Source of the DNA: Candidatus Undinarchaeota archaeon
GTDB taxonomy: Archaea > Undinarchaeota > Undinarchaeia > Undinarchaeales > UBA543
NCBI GenBank assembly: GCA_964636545.1
Contig: CAZWSR010000002.1
Coordinates: 47,130 to 111,129, forward strand
DNA length: 64,000 bases
Reading direction: 5' to 3'
The number at the start of each line of letters is the position of its first letter. Position 1 is the first letter of the stretch. Made by a program: the position numbers and the translations under genes. The notes below the pieces were generated by a model. That model was not told the origin of the DNA. It did no database searches and saw only the letters and a program-made list of their open reading frames with translations. Shown here in pieces: positions 1-10,472 of the stretch.

Positions 1-253
1 TGTGAACAAAACCAATTTCCCCATTGAAAAAACTACCCTTCCCCTCGTCTTGTTTCAAAAAGAAATGGTCTTTATCCGCTGATTGTACAAGTTCTTGATC
101 TATGTTTTTCTGTTGCGCATTAATGTTGTCCCTAAAAAGTGCAAGTCTGTGTTTTTTAAATAATCCTTTATAGAAAAAGTAAAGAGTGTCTGGCACTGGC
201 GCTATCTTTTTTGATTTCTGTGTCGTCTTTTTCTTCTTTTTTTCTTTCCCCAT
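1..253 (-). CDS. Hypothetical protein, partial (runs off the window start)
   Basis: ATG at 253 on the minus strand; open frame MGKEKKKKKTTQKSKKIAPVPDTLYFFYKG... to the window edge; AT-rich TATA-like box upstream. Confidence 0.6.
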   Translation of the reverse strand, partial: MGKEKKKKKTTQKSKKIAPVPDTLYFFYKGLFKKHRLALFRDNINAQQKNIDQELVQSADKDHFFLKQDEGKGSFFNGEIGFVH

Positions 254-299
254 ATCAAAAACTATAGATTAGCTTATTTAAAACAATTGTGTTGAATGC

Positions 300-1487
300 T
301 TAGAAGGCGTCTTCTTCTTCAGGCTCGTATTTGAAGAACAATTTCAGTAATGCAGGTGATAAAAAGAGCGTAATTACCATTGAAATGATTGTTACAGGAA
401 TTAATATTCCATTCACAAACAGGGTTGCACTGGCGCCAGAACCAAGAACTTGCGCAGCAATTACTAAAATAAGCAATTGTTCTCCACCACGAGTCATCAT
501 ACCAACACTTGCACCCAAGCTGTGCCTAAATGAAACCCCACCAAGCATTGCACCAAGCAAGTTCCCAAGGAATTTTGCACCAAGTCCAACAAGAATGAGG
601 AGCCAGATAATTGAAGATATTTTGAACATACTAGGATCAATTGACAAACCCATCCATGCAAAGAATAGTGGTGAGAAAACTCCGTACGTGAAAGATGCGA
701 TTTTTGGAGAAAAGCTTCCTGTTTTCAGATATGGTGAATATGCGAGAGCGATTCCTGCGAAAAACGCTCCGACAACTGCAGCGAAACCGAGAACATCAGC
801 AACATATGCTAAGAAAAGTATGAGAACGAAACCAATTGCAAACTGCGCTTCTTCAGAACGCATATGCTCACTGTAGCGGATAATGTATGGTGAAATAAAT
901 TCCATTGCAATGAAAATTCCAAAGAAGAGGAGGATTTTTCCAATTCCAATTGCATATTGTGCAGGCCCGGTTGCACCAATTAAAGCAACAGTAAATGCAA
1001 GAATTGTGTAAAAGATAAAGTCCTCAATAACAGTTGCACTGATTATAACTTCAGAAACTTTTGAGCGAAGGCGCTTCAAACTGACAATTGTTTTAATGGT
1101 ATTTGGAGTAGACTCGCCACCCATAATGAGTGCAAAGAAAATTGCATGAACAATGCCAAGACCAATGCTTTTGAAAATGAAATAAGACGGAACTAAGACA
1201 AAGATAAACCCAAATGTTGTTAGGAGAACTCCACTTTTCCCACCCTGCTTCATTTTCTCTATGCTGAAATTAAATCCAACAAGGAATAGTAAAAGGATGA
1301 TTCCAAGAAGTGCAAGTTGCTCAAGTGATCCAGCTGTTATGAGTTTGAGCATTGCTGTCCCAAGAACAACTCCTGCTAGAATTTCGCCAAGAAGAGCAGG
1401 CATTCCGAATCTTTCAAAAACTTCTCCGAAAATTTTGGCAAGTAGAAGTAAAAGAATAAGTGCTGGAAGAAATGTCAAGAGTTCCAT
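300..1487 (-). CDS. Cation:proton antiporter (CPA2, KefB/NapA-like)
   Basis: About 12 TM helices; GEILAGVVLG, LLFLVG, SATVIED, VVGAFFAG and RGGE motifs of CPA2 antiporters. Confidence 0.9.
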   Translation of the reverse strand: MELLTFLPALILLLLLAKIFGEVFERFGMPALLGEILAGVVLGTAMLKLITAGSLEQLALLGIILLLFLVGFNFSIEKMKQGGKSGVLLTTFGFIFVLVPSYFIFKSIGLGIVHAIFFALIMGGESTPNTIKTIVSLKRLRSKVSEVIISATVIEDFIFYTILAFTVALIGATGPAQYAIGIGKILLFFGIFIAMEFISPYIIRYSEHMRSEEAQFAIGFVLILFLAYVADVLGFAAVVGAFFAGIALAYSPYLKTGSFSPKIASFTYGVFSPLFFAWMGLSIDPSMFKISSIIWLLILVGLGAKFLGNLLGAMLGGVSFRHSLGASVGMMTRGGEQLLILVIAAQVLGSGASATLFVNGILIPVTIISMVITLFLSPALLKLFFKYEPEEEDAF

Positions 1488-1957
1488 TATTTCTTATTCT
1501 TCCCCCTTTTTTTATTGTGTTTGAAAATTTCATCAAGGATTTCAAACTCAGTTATCATTCCAACAAGCTTGCTAGATTTAAGAACAGGAATCGCATCAAT
1601 GTTGTGTTTGAACATTAAACTTACGACTGAACGGATAGTGGTTTCTGGTGTAACCGTTATTTCGTGTCTGTGCATAAGGTCTTTGGCAGTTTCAGCAAAA
1701 TAACCCATGTCAACAATTCTGCCAAAAAGTCCAGTCACTTCATTCCATGAAACATCTTTTGGATCAATTAATAATTTGAGAAGGTCTTGTTGGTGAATGT
1801 CCCCAACAAAATCACCATTTTTATCAGTAACTGCAATTGCATCTGTAGAATCATCTTCAAACACAGTTATAACATCAGAGATTTTGGCATCCGCGTGCAC
1901 GCTTTCAAGTTTTCGCATAAGATCTTTAACCTTGAGCTTTGCAATATGCTGCATCAT
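1487..1957 (-). CDS. CBS-domain pair protein, probably the regulatory partner of the antiporter
   Basis: KVKDLM...FVGDIHQQDLL and AIPVL...LVGMITEFEI CBS repeats; stop overlaps the antiporter start; likely start ATG 1957. Confidence 0.85.
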   Translation of the reverse strand: MMQHIAKLKVKDLMRKLESVHADAKISDVITVFEDDSTDAIAVTDKNGDFVGDIHQQDLLKLLIDPKDVSWNEVTGLFGRIVDMGYFAETAKDLMHRHEITVTPETTIRSVVSLMFKHNIDAIPVLKSSKLVGMITEFEILDEIFKHNKKRGKNKK

Positions 1958-2033
1958 AAATTCGGGTAAGTTCTGATAGTATTTAAGTGTTAAACAAAAT
2001 AATAAATAGAACAACGCCTACCAAATTGTTCTA

Positions 2034-4145
2034 ATGAAGATAGGGGAAATTTCTGCAAAGTGTCCAGTACTAACCGATGTAGTTCAGCGACTGCAAGAAA
2101 TAGACAAAATTGATGAATTGTACCCGCCGCAAGCTAATGCACTGAATGCTGGATTTTTAGATGGGAAAAACCTTGTGCTGAGTATCCCAACTGCTTCTGG
2201 AAAAACCTTGATTGCTGAGTTGGCTCTGATGAATGAGGCACTGCAAGGAAAGAAAGGAATTTATTTGGCTCCGTTGAGGGCGCTTGCTTCTGAAAAATAT
2301 GAGGAACTGAAAGAGAAATATGGGAAGCTTGTGAAAATTGGGATTAGTACAGGAGAGTATGATTCAACTGGAAATGAGCTAGCAGATTATGATATTTTGA
2401 TTTTGACAAATGAAAAAATGGATTCGTTGATGAGGCATAAACCAGAATGGTTGCAGGATCTTGGTTTAGTGGTTATTGATGAAATCCACTTGGTTAATGA
2501 CAAGAGTAGGGGACCAACTTTGGAGATGGTTACTACAAAATTGAAAAAACAAGGAGTTAAATTTGTTGGGTTGAGTGCGACAATTGAAAATTCTGATGAA
2601 ATTGCAAAGTGGTTGGGTGCAGAGCTTGTAGAATCAGATTTCAGGCCAGTAAAATTGTCAAGGGGTATTTTCTTGAATAATTCAATTTCATTTAAGGAAA
2701 AAGAGGATGTGAAATTTGATGCACCACCTGGCGCAAATGCATTGGCAGTTATGTCTTCAGATATTGTGCAAAACAAGGCACAGTCACTTATTTTTGTAAA
2801 TTCAAGAAGGAGTGCGGAGAAAGAAGCTGAAGATAATTCCAAAGAGATTTTTGTATTAATAGATGCAGAAACAAAAAAAGCATTGGAAAAAGTGGCGGAC
2901 CAGATTGAGGGGGTTTTGGATTCACCAACAAAACAGTGCAAGCGATTAGCAAATTGTATTAGGAGGGGCGCTGCGTTTCATCATGCTGGTTTGCATGCGA
3001 AACAACGGAGTTTGGTTGAGAAGAATTTTAAGCAGAATATTATCAAATTGATTTGCGCAACCCCGACTTTAGCAGCTGGAGTGAATTTGCCAAGTAAGCG
3101 AGTTGTTGTTAGAGATTATAAGAGGTATGGGACTTTTGGGATGGAACCGATTCCGATTCACGAAATTCACCAAATGTTTGGAAGGGCAGGTCGGCCAAAG
3201 TATGATACAGGGGGTGAAGCAATTCTGATTTCTAAAAATGAAGAAGAATTTGACCAATTGTGGGAACATTATATTGAAGGACGGCCTGAACCAGTTTCAA
3301 GTAAGTTAGGAATTGAGCCAGTTATGAGGACGCATGTGCTTGGTTTGATTTCCGAGCAAGAACGAACAAAAGAGCAAATGTTTGAATTTTTTGCAGATAC
3401 TTTTTACGCTCAACAGTATGAGGATATGGATGCATTTGAAGCAATGATTGAGAAAATTCTTGATAAGTTGTTTGAGTGGGATTTTATTGATCATGAAAAT
3501 AATAGATTAAAATGCACAAAACTTGGGGAAAGGGTTGCGCAATTATATTTGGATCCATTAACTGCTTTTGATTTTATTAAAATGCTTGATAGAAATCCAA
3601 AAGATGAAATGGTTTTGTTAACTATTTTGTCAGATGCTGCTGAGATGCGGCCGCTAGCTGGTGTGAAAAAATCAGAAGAATTTGTTATTTATGAAGAATT
3701 TGAAAAACATGATGTTGATGAAGATCAAATTCGAGCGTTCAAAAATGCCTGGATTTTTAATGAATGGATGCAAGAGAAGGGTGATGATTTTATTTTTGAC
3801 ACTTTTGGAATGCCACCAGGCACATTCAGGATAAAGCTGAATGTTGCTGATTGGTTGTTGTATGCTTGTGGAGAAATTGCAAGATTGACTAAGCGAGAGA
3901 AGATTTTAGATAGGTTGAAAATGTTGAGAAAGAGATTGAAATATGGAGTGAAAATGGAGCTCTTGCCACTGATTAGGATTAGGAATGTTGGGCGAGTTAG
4001 GGCAAGGAGATTATTTGATGCTGGGTTTAAAAATGTTGAAGATATTAAAAAGGGGAGACCCGAATTTTTAGTTACATTGTTAGGGAAGAAAGTTGCTGGG
4101 AAAGTTATGGAGCAATTGGGGATGGAAGTTCAAACAACTCTTTAG
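2034..4145 (+). CDS. hel308: Ski2-like SF2 DNA helicase Hel308/Hjm
   Basis: LYPPQ, IPTASGKT, DEIH, LSAT, TPTLAAGVNLP, QMFGRAGRP; C-terminal HhH VGRVRARRLF. Confidence 0.95.
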   Translation: MKIGEISAKCPVLTDVVQRLQEIDKIDELYPPQANALNAGFLDGKNLVLSIPTASGKTLIAELALMNEALQGKKGIYLAPLRALASEKYEELKEKYGKLVKIGISTGEYDSTGNELADYDILILTNEKMDSLMRHKPEWLQDLGLVVIDEIHLVNDKSRGPTLEMVTTKLKKQGVKFVGLSATIENSDEIAKWLGAELVESDFRPVKLSRGIFLNNSISFKEKEDVKFDAPPGANALAVMSSDIVQNKAQSLIFVNSRRSAEKEAEDNSKEIFVLIDAETKKALEKVADQIEGVLDSPTKQCKRLANCIRRGAAFHHAGLHAKQRSLVEKNFKQNIIKLICATPTLAAGVNLPSKRVVVRDYKRYGTFGMEPIPIHEIHQMFGRAGRPKYDTGGEAILISKNEEEFDQLWEHYIEGRPEPVSSKLGIEPVMRTHVLGLISEQERTKEQMFEFFADTFYAQQYEDMDAFEAMIEKILDKLFEWDFIDHENNRLKCTKLGERVAQLYLDPLTAFDFIKMLDRNPKDEMVLLTILSDAAEMRPLAGVKKSEEFVIYEEFEKHDVDEDQIRAFKNAWIFNEWMQEKGDDFIFDTFGMPPGTFRIKLNVADWLLYACGEIARLTKREKILDRLKMLRKRLKYGVKMELLPLIRIRNVGRVRARRLFDAGFKNVEDIKKGRPEFLVTLLGKKVAGKVMEQLGMEVQTTL

Positions 4146-4726
4146 ATAATTTTGAAAAAGTGGGCAGTTATCCATACAATGCCGTGTAGAATTGTTACAA
4201 GGTAGAAATTAGGGAAGAAAACATAGATTGCAGATATTCCAGTACCCAACACAAGTGTGAGTGCGAAAATTTTCCAGCTGTGGAATGGTATGTGCGCAAA
4301 ACCGAAAAGGAAAGACATTATTAAGATTATCCAAGGCAGAGACAAGCCAAAGCTGAGGAGGGCTGGGAAAAGTATGCTTCTGAAGATGATTTCTTGGGCT
4401 GGAATCAGGGCAAGCGCCCAGTTTGATTTAAGATTGTCCCGCCCAATTATTCGGATATAATCCATTTTGTAGTTATTCTGTTTGAAATATGCGCAAAGAC
4501 CAAAAGCAAGAAAGAACATGATGTAATAGTAGCCGTCTGCTGCCATGAAATTATCCAACCGGAAACCGAGATCATGCCAGGAATATCCTTTTATAAAAGC
4601 AACTGCGAATGCAAATAATGACCCGAAGACAAACGCCATCAAATGGTACTTCATTGGGATTAGTTTGTAGAATAAGACAATAGGAATTATTATGAACAGG
4701 GCAAGAAGGATTATTTCCAGAATCAT
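4142..4726 (-). CDS. CPBP/Abi (CAAX protease-like) intramembrane protease
   Basis: QEIIFR, FGFAH and ILHG motifs in a multi-TM protein. Confidence 0.8.
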   Translation of the reverse strand: MILEIILLALFIIIPIVLFYKLIPMKYHLMAFVFGSLFAFAVAFIKGYSWHDLGFRLDNFMAADGYYYIMFFLAFGLCAYFKQNNYKMDYIRIIGRDNLKSNWALALIPAQEIIFRSILFPALLSFGLSLPWIILIMSFLFGFAHIPFHSWKIFALTLVLGTGISAIYVFFPNFYLVTILHGIVWITAHFFKII

Positions 4727-4801
4727 TAGAAAATGTAGTTAGAAAAGGGTTAATAAAGTTGCGGAAAAGATTAAAAAGGAGTGATTTAACAAATTTAACA
4801 C

Positions 4802-4887
4802 GCGGGGGTACCCGAGCCTGGTCAAAGGGGCAGGGTTTAGGACCCTGTGACTTAGTGTCTTCGCAAGTTCGAATCTTGCCCCCCGCA
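4802..4887 (+). tRNA. tRNA-Leu(TAG)
   Basis: Acceptor GCGGGGG/CCCCCGC; anticodon arm CAGGG-TTTAGGA-CCCTG; long variable arm; T loop TTCGAAT. Confidence 0.95.
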
Positions 4888-4935
4888 TTACTCACCACAG
4901 AAACTCTTTTTAACTCCAAATAAGTACAAAGATTA

Positions 4936-5340
4936 ATGAAATTAAAATTCAGGACACAATTGTTTACAGAATTCCTAGTATTTTTTGTTCTTACAATATT
5001 GTTTTTTAGAATATTGGTTGGGATAATTGGAGATACTTCACTGATACTGTTCGGGCATGAGATACATCATTTTTATATGGGTGTCTTTTTTGTCCTTTTT
5101 TCAGGGTACCGGCAATTCTTTTCTGAGAATAAAATCATTGACAAAATTAATATGAGGATTTTTGCAGTTGGTACTGGGATGATTGTGGACGAGAGTATTT
5201 TTATGATTGCAACCGCAGGACAGCATCTTGATTATTTCTCAATGCGCTCGTTATTTGGGGCAATATTAGTGAGTTTGATAATACTTTCAGCATTTTATTT
5301 AATATCACAAAAAGGAGCCCTAAAACCTAGCGAAACCTGA
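4936..5340 (+). CDS. Small 4-TM membrane protein with HEIHHFY motif
   Basis: Hydrophobic ORF; His-rich HEIHHF and GMIVDE motifs. Confidence 0.7.
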   Translation: MKLKFRTQLFTEFLVFFVLTILFFRILVGIIGDTSLILFGHEIHHFYMGVFFVLFSGYRQFFSENKIIDKINMRIFAVGTGMIVDESIFMIATAGQHLDYFSMRSLFGAILVSLIILSAFYLISQKGALKPSET

Positions 5341-6127
5341 ATCCGTACTCGCGTCGCAGACCTAGATTGTTTTTGAATATGTGGTAACTGGATTTTCGCA
5401 TGTGTTTTCTGTGTGGGTGGTTGACGATCATTCGTTTTTCTTTGTCAAGAGAATCCACGAAACTATTTACAGAAAACTCATCAACGGCAACAAGTGCACT
5501 TCCAAGAGTTTCAAGAACGTGAGCATCACTTCCAACAATTGTGGGTAGATTGTGTTTTTTAACCCATTCTTTCATGAGCACATTTCGATCCATTCTTAAT
5601 GCAGAATTGTGAGATTCAGCAGCAGTAATGTGTTTGAGTAGGTGTGGGTTGTTATCAAAGAACACAAAACTATTTTTTGGTTTTAACCCATGAGAATGTG
5701 GAAGAACAACTCGGCAATTGTAGTTTTCTGGTGCTAGCAATAGTTCTTCGTTTGTCAGGGTGGTTCGGTTGAAATTGAAAAGATTGTTTGAAATTTTGTT
5801 TGGCTCTACATTTTTCTTGTAATATTCCTCAAGCTCAGAAAGATTGTAGAAATAAAGAAGAAAATCAGCATAAGTTGATGAAGTTATTTCAACACCAGGA
5901 ACTGCACAATCCATTTCACGATGATGTTTTTGCACAGCGCGGATGTCATTGTGATCCATAAAAATGATGTTGAATCCCTTGTTCTTTGCATGAGCTAGCA
6001 TCTTGTCTGGATGAACGCTCCCGTCCGAAAACCTCGAATGGCAGTGCGGATCTACAAGGGTGAGGCCTTCTCTTTTATACTCTTCAATCAACTGATTCAT
6101 AGATACAAAAAGTGCGTTCAACAGCAT
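5327..6127 (-). CDS. PHP-domain phosphoesterase
   Basis: DPHCHSRFSDG, MDHN, PGVEI, PH and GSDAH motifs; start may be ATG 6100. Confidence 0.85.
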   Translation of the reverse strand: MLLNALFVSMNQLIEEYKREGLTLVDPHCHSRFSDGSVHPDKMLAHAKNKGFNIIFMDHNDIRAVQKHHREMDCAVPGVEITSSTYADFLLYFYNLSELEEYYKKNVEPNKISNNLFNFNRTTLTNEELLLAPENYNCRVVLPHSHGLKPKNSFVFFDNNPHLLKHITAAESHNSALRMDRNVLMKEWVKKHNLPTIVGSDAHVLETLGSALVAVDEFSVNSFVDSLDKEKRMIVNHPHRKHMRKSSYHIFKNNLGLRREYGFRFR

Positions 6128-6137
6128 ATAAATGTTT

Positions 6138-7298
6138 TTACTTTAACCAGCGCATTATCAAATAAGTCCAGATAAACCAAAGCATATGTTGGTCAAAACC
6201 AGTTTCAATCCAGACAATGCTGAGGGCAAGTAAAACAGGATAGAAAACGCGCATTAGCGACTCTTTTTTCTCAATAGAAATGTAGGCGTTTCCTAAAATA
6301 ACGCCGAGGAAAAACATCCAAGTTAATGCAAAAATTGGACCAAATTCCATTAATGGCGGACCAAGCATTGTTGAAGTAAGAGAATTTTCAGCACCTAAGA
6401 ACTCACCAAGATAGTCACGTGGTTGTGCGTGGTTGAGTAGGAACTTGCCGTGCTCTACTCCGAAAGGCATGCTCTGATCTAAAACTTGATCATAAACATT
6501 GTAAGTTGTGCTTGAGCGCCAGAGGAAAAGGGTTGCAGGATTAGCGAGGCCAGCGACAAAGTAGCCGAGGAAAAGAACAAGGAGAACTGCTGTTGCAAGG
6601 GGAATTAGAACAGTTTTGTTATCTAGTTTTTTTGACTTATATGCTGCAATTGTTCCAGACAAAAGCACAAGCAAGAGGGCAAATCGGAAACCAGTGAGGG
6701 CAAATAAAACTGTGCTGACAAGTATAATCAAATATGCTTGTTTGCGTTCTTTCACATTCATAATCAGCCCGACAGAACCAAACATATAGAAGAAAATAGC
6801 AGGAGCCCAAGCCCAAGAAGTATCGAGATTAAACCGAAGTGCTTTGTCAAGTAGAGGGATGCCTCCGACTTGGAAAAATGTGATGACTAGGAAAAAGAAA
6901 CCAAGAGACATTAAAGCCTTGTAAAATTTGAGTGTCGGACGCTGCCATTTTGAAATTAATTTGAATCCTTTGAAAGCTATAGCTAAGATAATTGCAGTTG
7001 CGAATAAACTAATTTCCCAAGAGAGATTGAAAAAGTTTGAGACAACACTTGAATAATAGAGTGTTAAGAGAAGTAAAAATGCCAGAGGCAAATATTCATT
7101 TACTTTTTTTAGTTTGAATTTTTTAGAAAAGCGAACACCCACGTAGTAGAAAGAAAGGGAGAGAAGCACAAACAAGATGCTGAATGTTGAGGGTCTTGTT
7201 AGGTTTTTCCAGTAAAGGAAACCAATACCAGCAGTTAGTAAGAAAAAGAAAAATATTGCAATAAAGGATTCTGGTCGGAAGATATCTATTTTCTTCAT
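6138..7298 (-). CDS. Oligosaccharide repeat-unit polymerase (Wzy-like) membrane protein
   Basis: About 11 TM helices; GGIPL, LTGFR, LTSTMLGP..EFG and WIETG motifs; lies in a glycosylation cluster. Confidence 0.7.
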   Translation of the reverse strand: MKKIDIFRPESFIAIFFFFLLTAGIGFLYWKNLTRPSTFSILFVLLSLSFYYVGVRFSKKFKLKKVNEYLPLAFLLLLTLYYSSVVSNFFNLSWEISLFATAIILAIAFKGFKLISKWQRPTLKFYKALMSLGFFFLVITFFQVGGIPLLDKALRFNLDTSWAWAPAIFFYMFGSVGLIMNVKERKQAYLIILVSTVLFALTGFRFALLLVLLSGTIAAYKSKKLDNKTVLIPLATAVLLVLFLGYFVAGLANPATLFLWRSSTTYNVYDQVLDQSMPFGVEHGKFLLNHAQPRDYLGEFLGAENSLTSTMLGPPLMEFGPIFALTWMFFLGVILGNAYISIEKKESLMRVFYPVLLALSIVWIETGFDQHMLWFIWTYLIMRWLK

Positions 7299-7299
7299 T

Positions 7300-8352
7300 T
7301 TATTTGCCGAGGTTTTTTATCATTTTTCCAGGAGTTGTGTAAATCATAGAAAGGAAACTAATTGCAAGATAACCAAAGAGATATGTCAAGATATAGAAAG
7401 TAAATCTGTCAACAAGAATTACTGCAGTTATTGCGCTAGCTGGAACACCAAGAAGTGACATGATAAGCACAGCAGACCCCTCTGTTGCGCCAGTTCCACC
7501 AGGAACAAATACAAGATAACCAACAGACAAACTAATTGTCATTACAGCAACCAACCTAAAGAATGGGACAGAAAAACCAAGTCCTTTGAATAAGAACCAC
7601 AGCCCGAGCCCTTGTAAAAGATACCAGATAAACCCAGCTAAGAAAATTGTCCACAATACTTTTTTGTCCTTCCAGAGATGTTTTAACATACTCATAAATG
7701 CTTTTTGTTTTGAATTAACAGACCGAACGAACTTGTCAGCACTTTTGGCATTTTTGCGAAGGATTTTGAGAGGTGGGAATTTGTAAAGCCATCGCAAGAG
7801 TTTTTCAAATCTCTTTTTTTGTTTGCTAAGTCTGAAAATTACAAACACAATAACCATTGCCACGATTAAACAAATTAAGAACCAAATAGCTAAGAAATAT
7901 TTTAGTTTGGGAATGCCGATTGAAAAGATTAAGTAGAAAGTTGAAAATGACATGAATATGAATGTTGTAACCATGAACACCAAACTATCCATTGCATACA
8001 AACCAAGACAAGCAGAACCGCGCATCCCTGTTGCTTTTTCCAAATAATATGCTTTTAGTGGTTCGCCACCAACACTTGGACCGGGAGTAAGATTATTAAC
8101 TAGCATACCCGATAATTGAATCAAACAATATTTCCAAAAACTTATTTTTTTCAGTTTAGGTATTTTCTGGCTTAAGAAATATGTTTTAAATGAAAAAAGA
8201 AAAAGAGAAACAGGCCTAATACAAATAACTAATAAAATGTAGATTGGGTTTATTTTAGAAATTGTTGCAAAAACTTCTCGGTATCCTACGAATTTCAGAA
8301 GAGTAACTAACACTATAATGCCCAGAGAAATGAGCAATATGTTCTTCCGCAT
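7300..8352 (-). CDS. UPF0104/lysylphosphatidylglycerol-synthase-TM family flippase-like protein
   Basis: NNLTPGPSVGGEPLKAYYL, PGGTGATE and LVDRF motifs; probable start ATG 8352. Confidence 0.85.
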   Translation of the reverse strand: MRKNILLISLGIIVLVTLLKFVGYREVFATISKINPIYILLVICIRPVSLFLFSFKTYFLSQKIPKLKKISFWKYCLIQLSGMLVNNLTPGPSVGGEPLKAYYLEKATGMRGSACLGLYAMDSLVFMVTTFIFMSFSTFYLIFSIGIPKLKYFLAIWFLICLIVAMVIVFVIFRLSKQKKRFEKLLRWLYKFPPLKILRKNAKSADKFVRSVNSKQKAFMSMLKHLWKDKKVLWTIFLAGFIWYLLQGLGLWFLFKGLGFSVPFFRLVAVMTISLSVGYLVFVPGGTGATEGSAVLIMSLLGVPASAITAVILVDRFTFYILTYLFGYLAISFLSMIYTTPGKMIKNLGK

Positions 8353-8484
8353 ATTCTGAATAAACTTAGGCTCGTAAGGATCCACGACACACTTTAGTAT
8401 TCCCCTTATATACATTTTCCCCGAACAGGAAAAATACAGTATTTCATAAAACTATTTAACTGGCGGACGCAGGATAGTGATACG

Positions 8485-9207
8485 ATGATAGGACTAATAC
8501 CAGCTGCTGGTCTTGGAACCAGGCTGAAAGAACTTACAAAAGACACTCCAAAAGAGATGTTGCCTGTTGGTGGAAAGCCAAGCATAGAGTATGTTCTAGA
8601 TCAATTTAAACAAGCAGGAATTACTAAAATTTTCATAATTGTTGGCCCGCAGAAGAGTAAAATCTTAGATGGTCTTGGAAATGGTAGCAAGCTCGGATTT
8701 GAAATTGGATATTTGTACCAAGAAAAGGCAGAGGGGCTTGGAAGAGCGATTTATGAGGGAAAGAATTTTATTAATGAAGATTTTGCAGTTGTTTTAGCTG
8801 ATAATTTATTATTTCCAAACACTTTGTTGAAGGACGTTGTTGCAGAACATGAAACAAGTGGAGCAGAAATTACACTTGTTGGAAGAGAAGTTGATGACCC
8901 AAGTAGGTTTGGTGTGATTGAAAGTGCTGATGGAAAAGTTACTGGGTTGGAGGAAAAACCACCGGAACCGAAAACAAAAAACGCAGTTGTTGGCATGTAT
9001 GTTTTCAAGCCAAGTATTTTTGAAGCAATTGAAAGAACAGAACCAGGAGCAAAAGGCGAATATCAGATTACTGATTCAATTAAGTTAATGTTGGAAGAAG
9101 GGAAAAATATTAGAGTAGTGAAACATGAGGGAGATTGGATAGATATTGGAACAGAAGAAAGTTATGCTGAAGCGAATAAGAGGTTAGGAGAAACTAAAAA
9201 TGGTTAG
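8485..9207 (+). CDS. Sugar-1-phosphate nucleotidyltransferase (RmlA/GalU-like)
   Basis: IPAAGLGTRL, PKEMLPV, EEKP, GEYQITD and WIDIGT motifs. Confidence 0.9.
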   Translation: MIGLIPAAGLGTRLKELTKDTPKEMLPVGGKPSIEYVLDQFKQAGITKIFIIVGPQKSKILDGLGNGSKLGFEIGYLYQEKAEGLGRAIYEGKNFINEDFAVVLADNLLFPNTLLKDVVAEHETSGAEITLVGREVDDPSRFGVIESADGKVTGLEEKPPEPKTKNAVVGMYVFKPSIFEAIERTEPGAKGEYQITDSIKLMLEEGKNIRVVKHEGDWIDIGTEESYAEANKRLGETKNG

Positions 9208-9538
9208 AACAAATTTAGAAAAATTCAAAGAAGTTGCAGAATTAGCAAAGTCAGATGAGACTTACGATATTCATGATCTGAAAATGGAGCATTTAGTTGT
9301 GTCAACTACGCGACTGCATGCTGGAAAAGAGACTAAGGGACATAAGCATCCTGGGCAAGAAGAAGAAGTTTATTTGTGCTTGGAAGGTTCTGGAAAAATG
9401 CAAGTTGGTGAGGAGACTGCTGGTTTTGTGAAAGGTGATTTAGTTACGATTCCGATTGGTAGTTTTCATAAAGTGATTAATGATTCATTAGAAGATTTGT
9501 TATTTTTGTGTGTTTTTGAGAAGTATGAGCGAATTTGA
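9200..9538 (+). CDS. Cupin-domain protein (mannose-6-P isomerase-like)
   Basis: GHKH...EEVY..LEGSG and GDLVTIP...FHKV cupin motifs. Confidence 0.85.
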   Translation: MVRTNLEKFKEVAELAKSDETYDIHDLKMEHLVVSTTRLHAGKETKGHKHPGQEEEVYLCLEGSGKMQVGEETAGFVKGDLVTIPIGSFHKVINDSLEDLLFLCVFEKYERI

Positions 9539-9967
9539 TTATTCTTCCAAAACAGTTCGTCTGAAGTTTGTGAACATTGTCATAAGTGAATTCATTTCTT
9601 CAATTATTTGAGATTTCATTTCACTAGTTACTTCCCCTGCTTCAAGTTGATCCCAGCCCTTTTGAAGCATACGAGAAACTGCTGGAGCCATTCCAGCTTC
9701 TAAAGATAAACTAACGAGAATTTCAACAATGAAAAATGCTTTTTCTGCTATTGGAATTTTTGCTGCCGCAATTGCTGGTTGCCTTGATTTTTTCTGATTC
9801 TCTTTTAGATTACATTCTTTTTCAAAATCAAACCCCCAAGTCTTCATTACTTGAGATTGTGCTTGCATTTTAACAGGATCAACAACACCAGTTACAGGAT
9901 TAATGCCTTTCTTAATATCAGCTAGGATTTTGGAAAGACTGTTTTCAAGTTCGCGCATCGTGGCCAT
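9539..9967 (-). CDS. Hypothetical protein
   Basis: 142-aa ORF filling the gap between neighbours; no recognised motif. Confidence 0.6.
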   Translation of the reverse strand: MATMRELENSLSKILADIKKGINPVTGVVDPVKMQAQSQVMKTWGFDFEKECNLKENQKKSRQPAIAAAKIPIAEKAFFIVEILVSLSLEAGMAPAVSRMLQKGWDQLEAGEVTSEMKSQIIEEMNSLMTMFTNFRRTVLEE

Positions 9968-10007
9968 TGTGATATGTTTTTAAACAAGGTACTACTTAAG
10001 ATTATTG

Positions 10008-10472
10008 ATGAGTGGGTTGGTTGTAGGCATAGATCCTGGTGCAAAAACAGGGGTATGCGCACTGAATTTAAGTGGTGATTTTGTTGGTGTACGAAGTGAG
10101 AAAGGATTTTCTAAAGAGAAGATTATTAGATATATTTCTGAGTTGGGTGAGGTGGTCATTATTGCAGTTGATGTTGCTAAGATGCCAAAAACTGTGAAAG
10201 ATATTGCTCAGAAATTTAGAGCTACTTGTTTTGTGCCTAAGAAAAATATTAGCACCTTAGAGAAAGCTCGGTTGTATAATCGATGGATGGAGAAAGGTGG
10301 TAGAAGATTGGCAAACCAGCATGAAAAAGATGCGCTTGTTGCTTGTTTGCTAGCTTATTACGAGAGGCAGAATAAGATGAGAAGTGTTGAGAAAAAAGGT
10401 GGGGGAGATTTGGTGAAGAAGGCCGTTATTCGTGGGAAGAAGGTTGGGGACGTTATTGGGAAAAGTATATAA
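10008..10472 (+). CDS. DUF460-like RNase H-fold protein (short form)
   Basis: VVGIDPGAKTG, IIAVDV, EK and HEKDALVA motifs. Confidence 0.75.
   Translation: MSGLVVGIDPGAKTGVCALNLSGDFVGVRSEKGFSKEKIIRYISELGEVVIIAVDVAKMPKTVKDIAQKFRATCFVPKKNISTLEKARLYNRWMEKGGRRLANQHEKDALVACLLAYYERQNKMRSVEKKGGGDLVKKAVIRGKKVGDVIGKSI

Noticed and set aside
4572-4919. ORFs overlapping tRNA genes (also 35337-35606)
   Set aside because: Antisense to clear tRNAs, with no protein features
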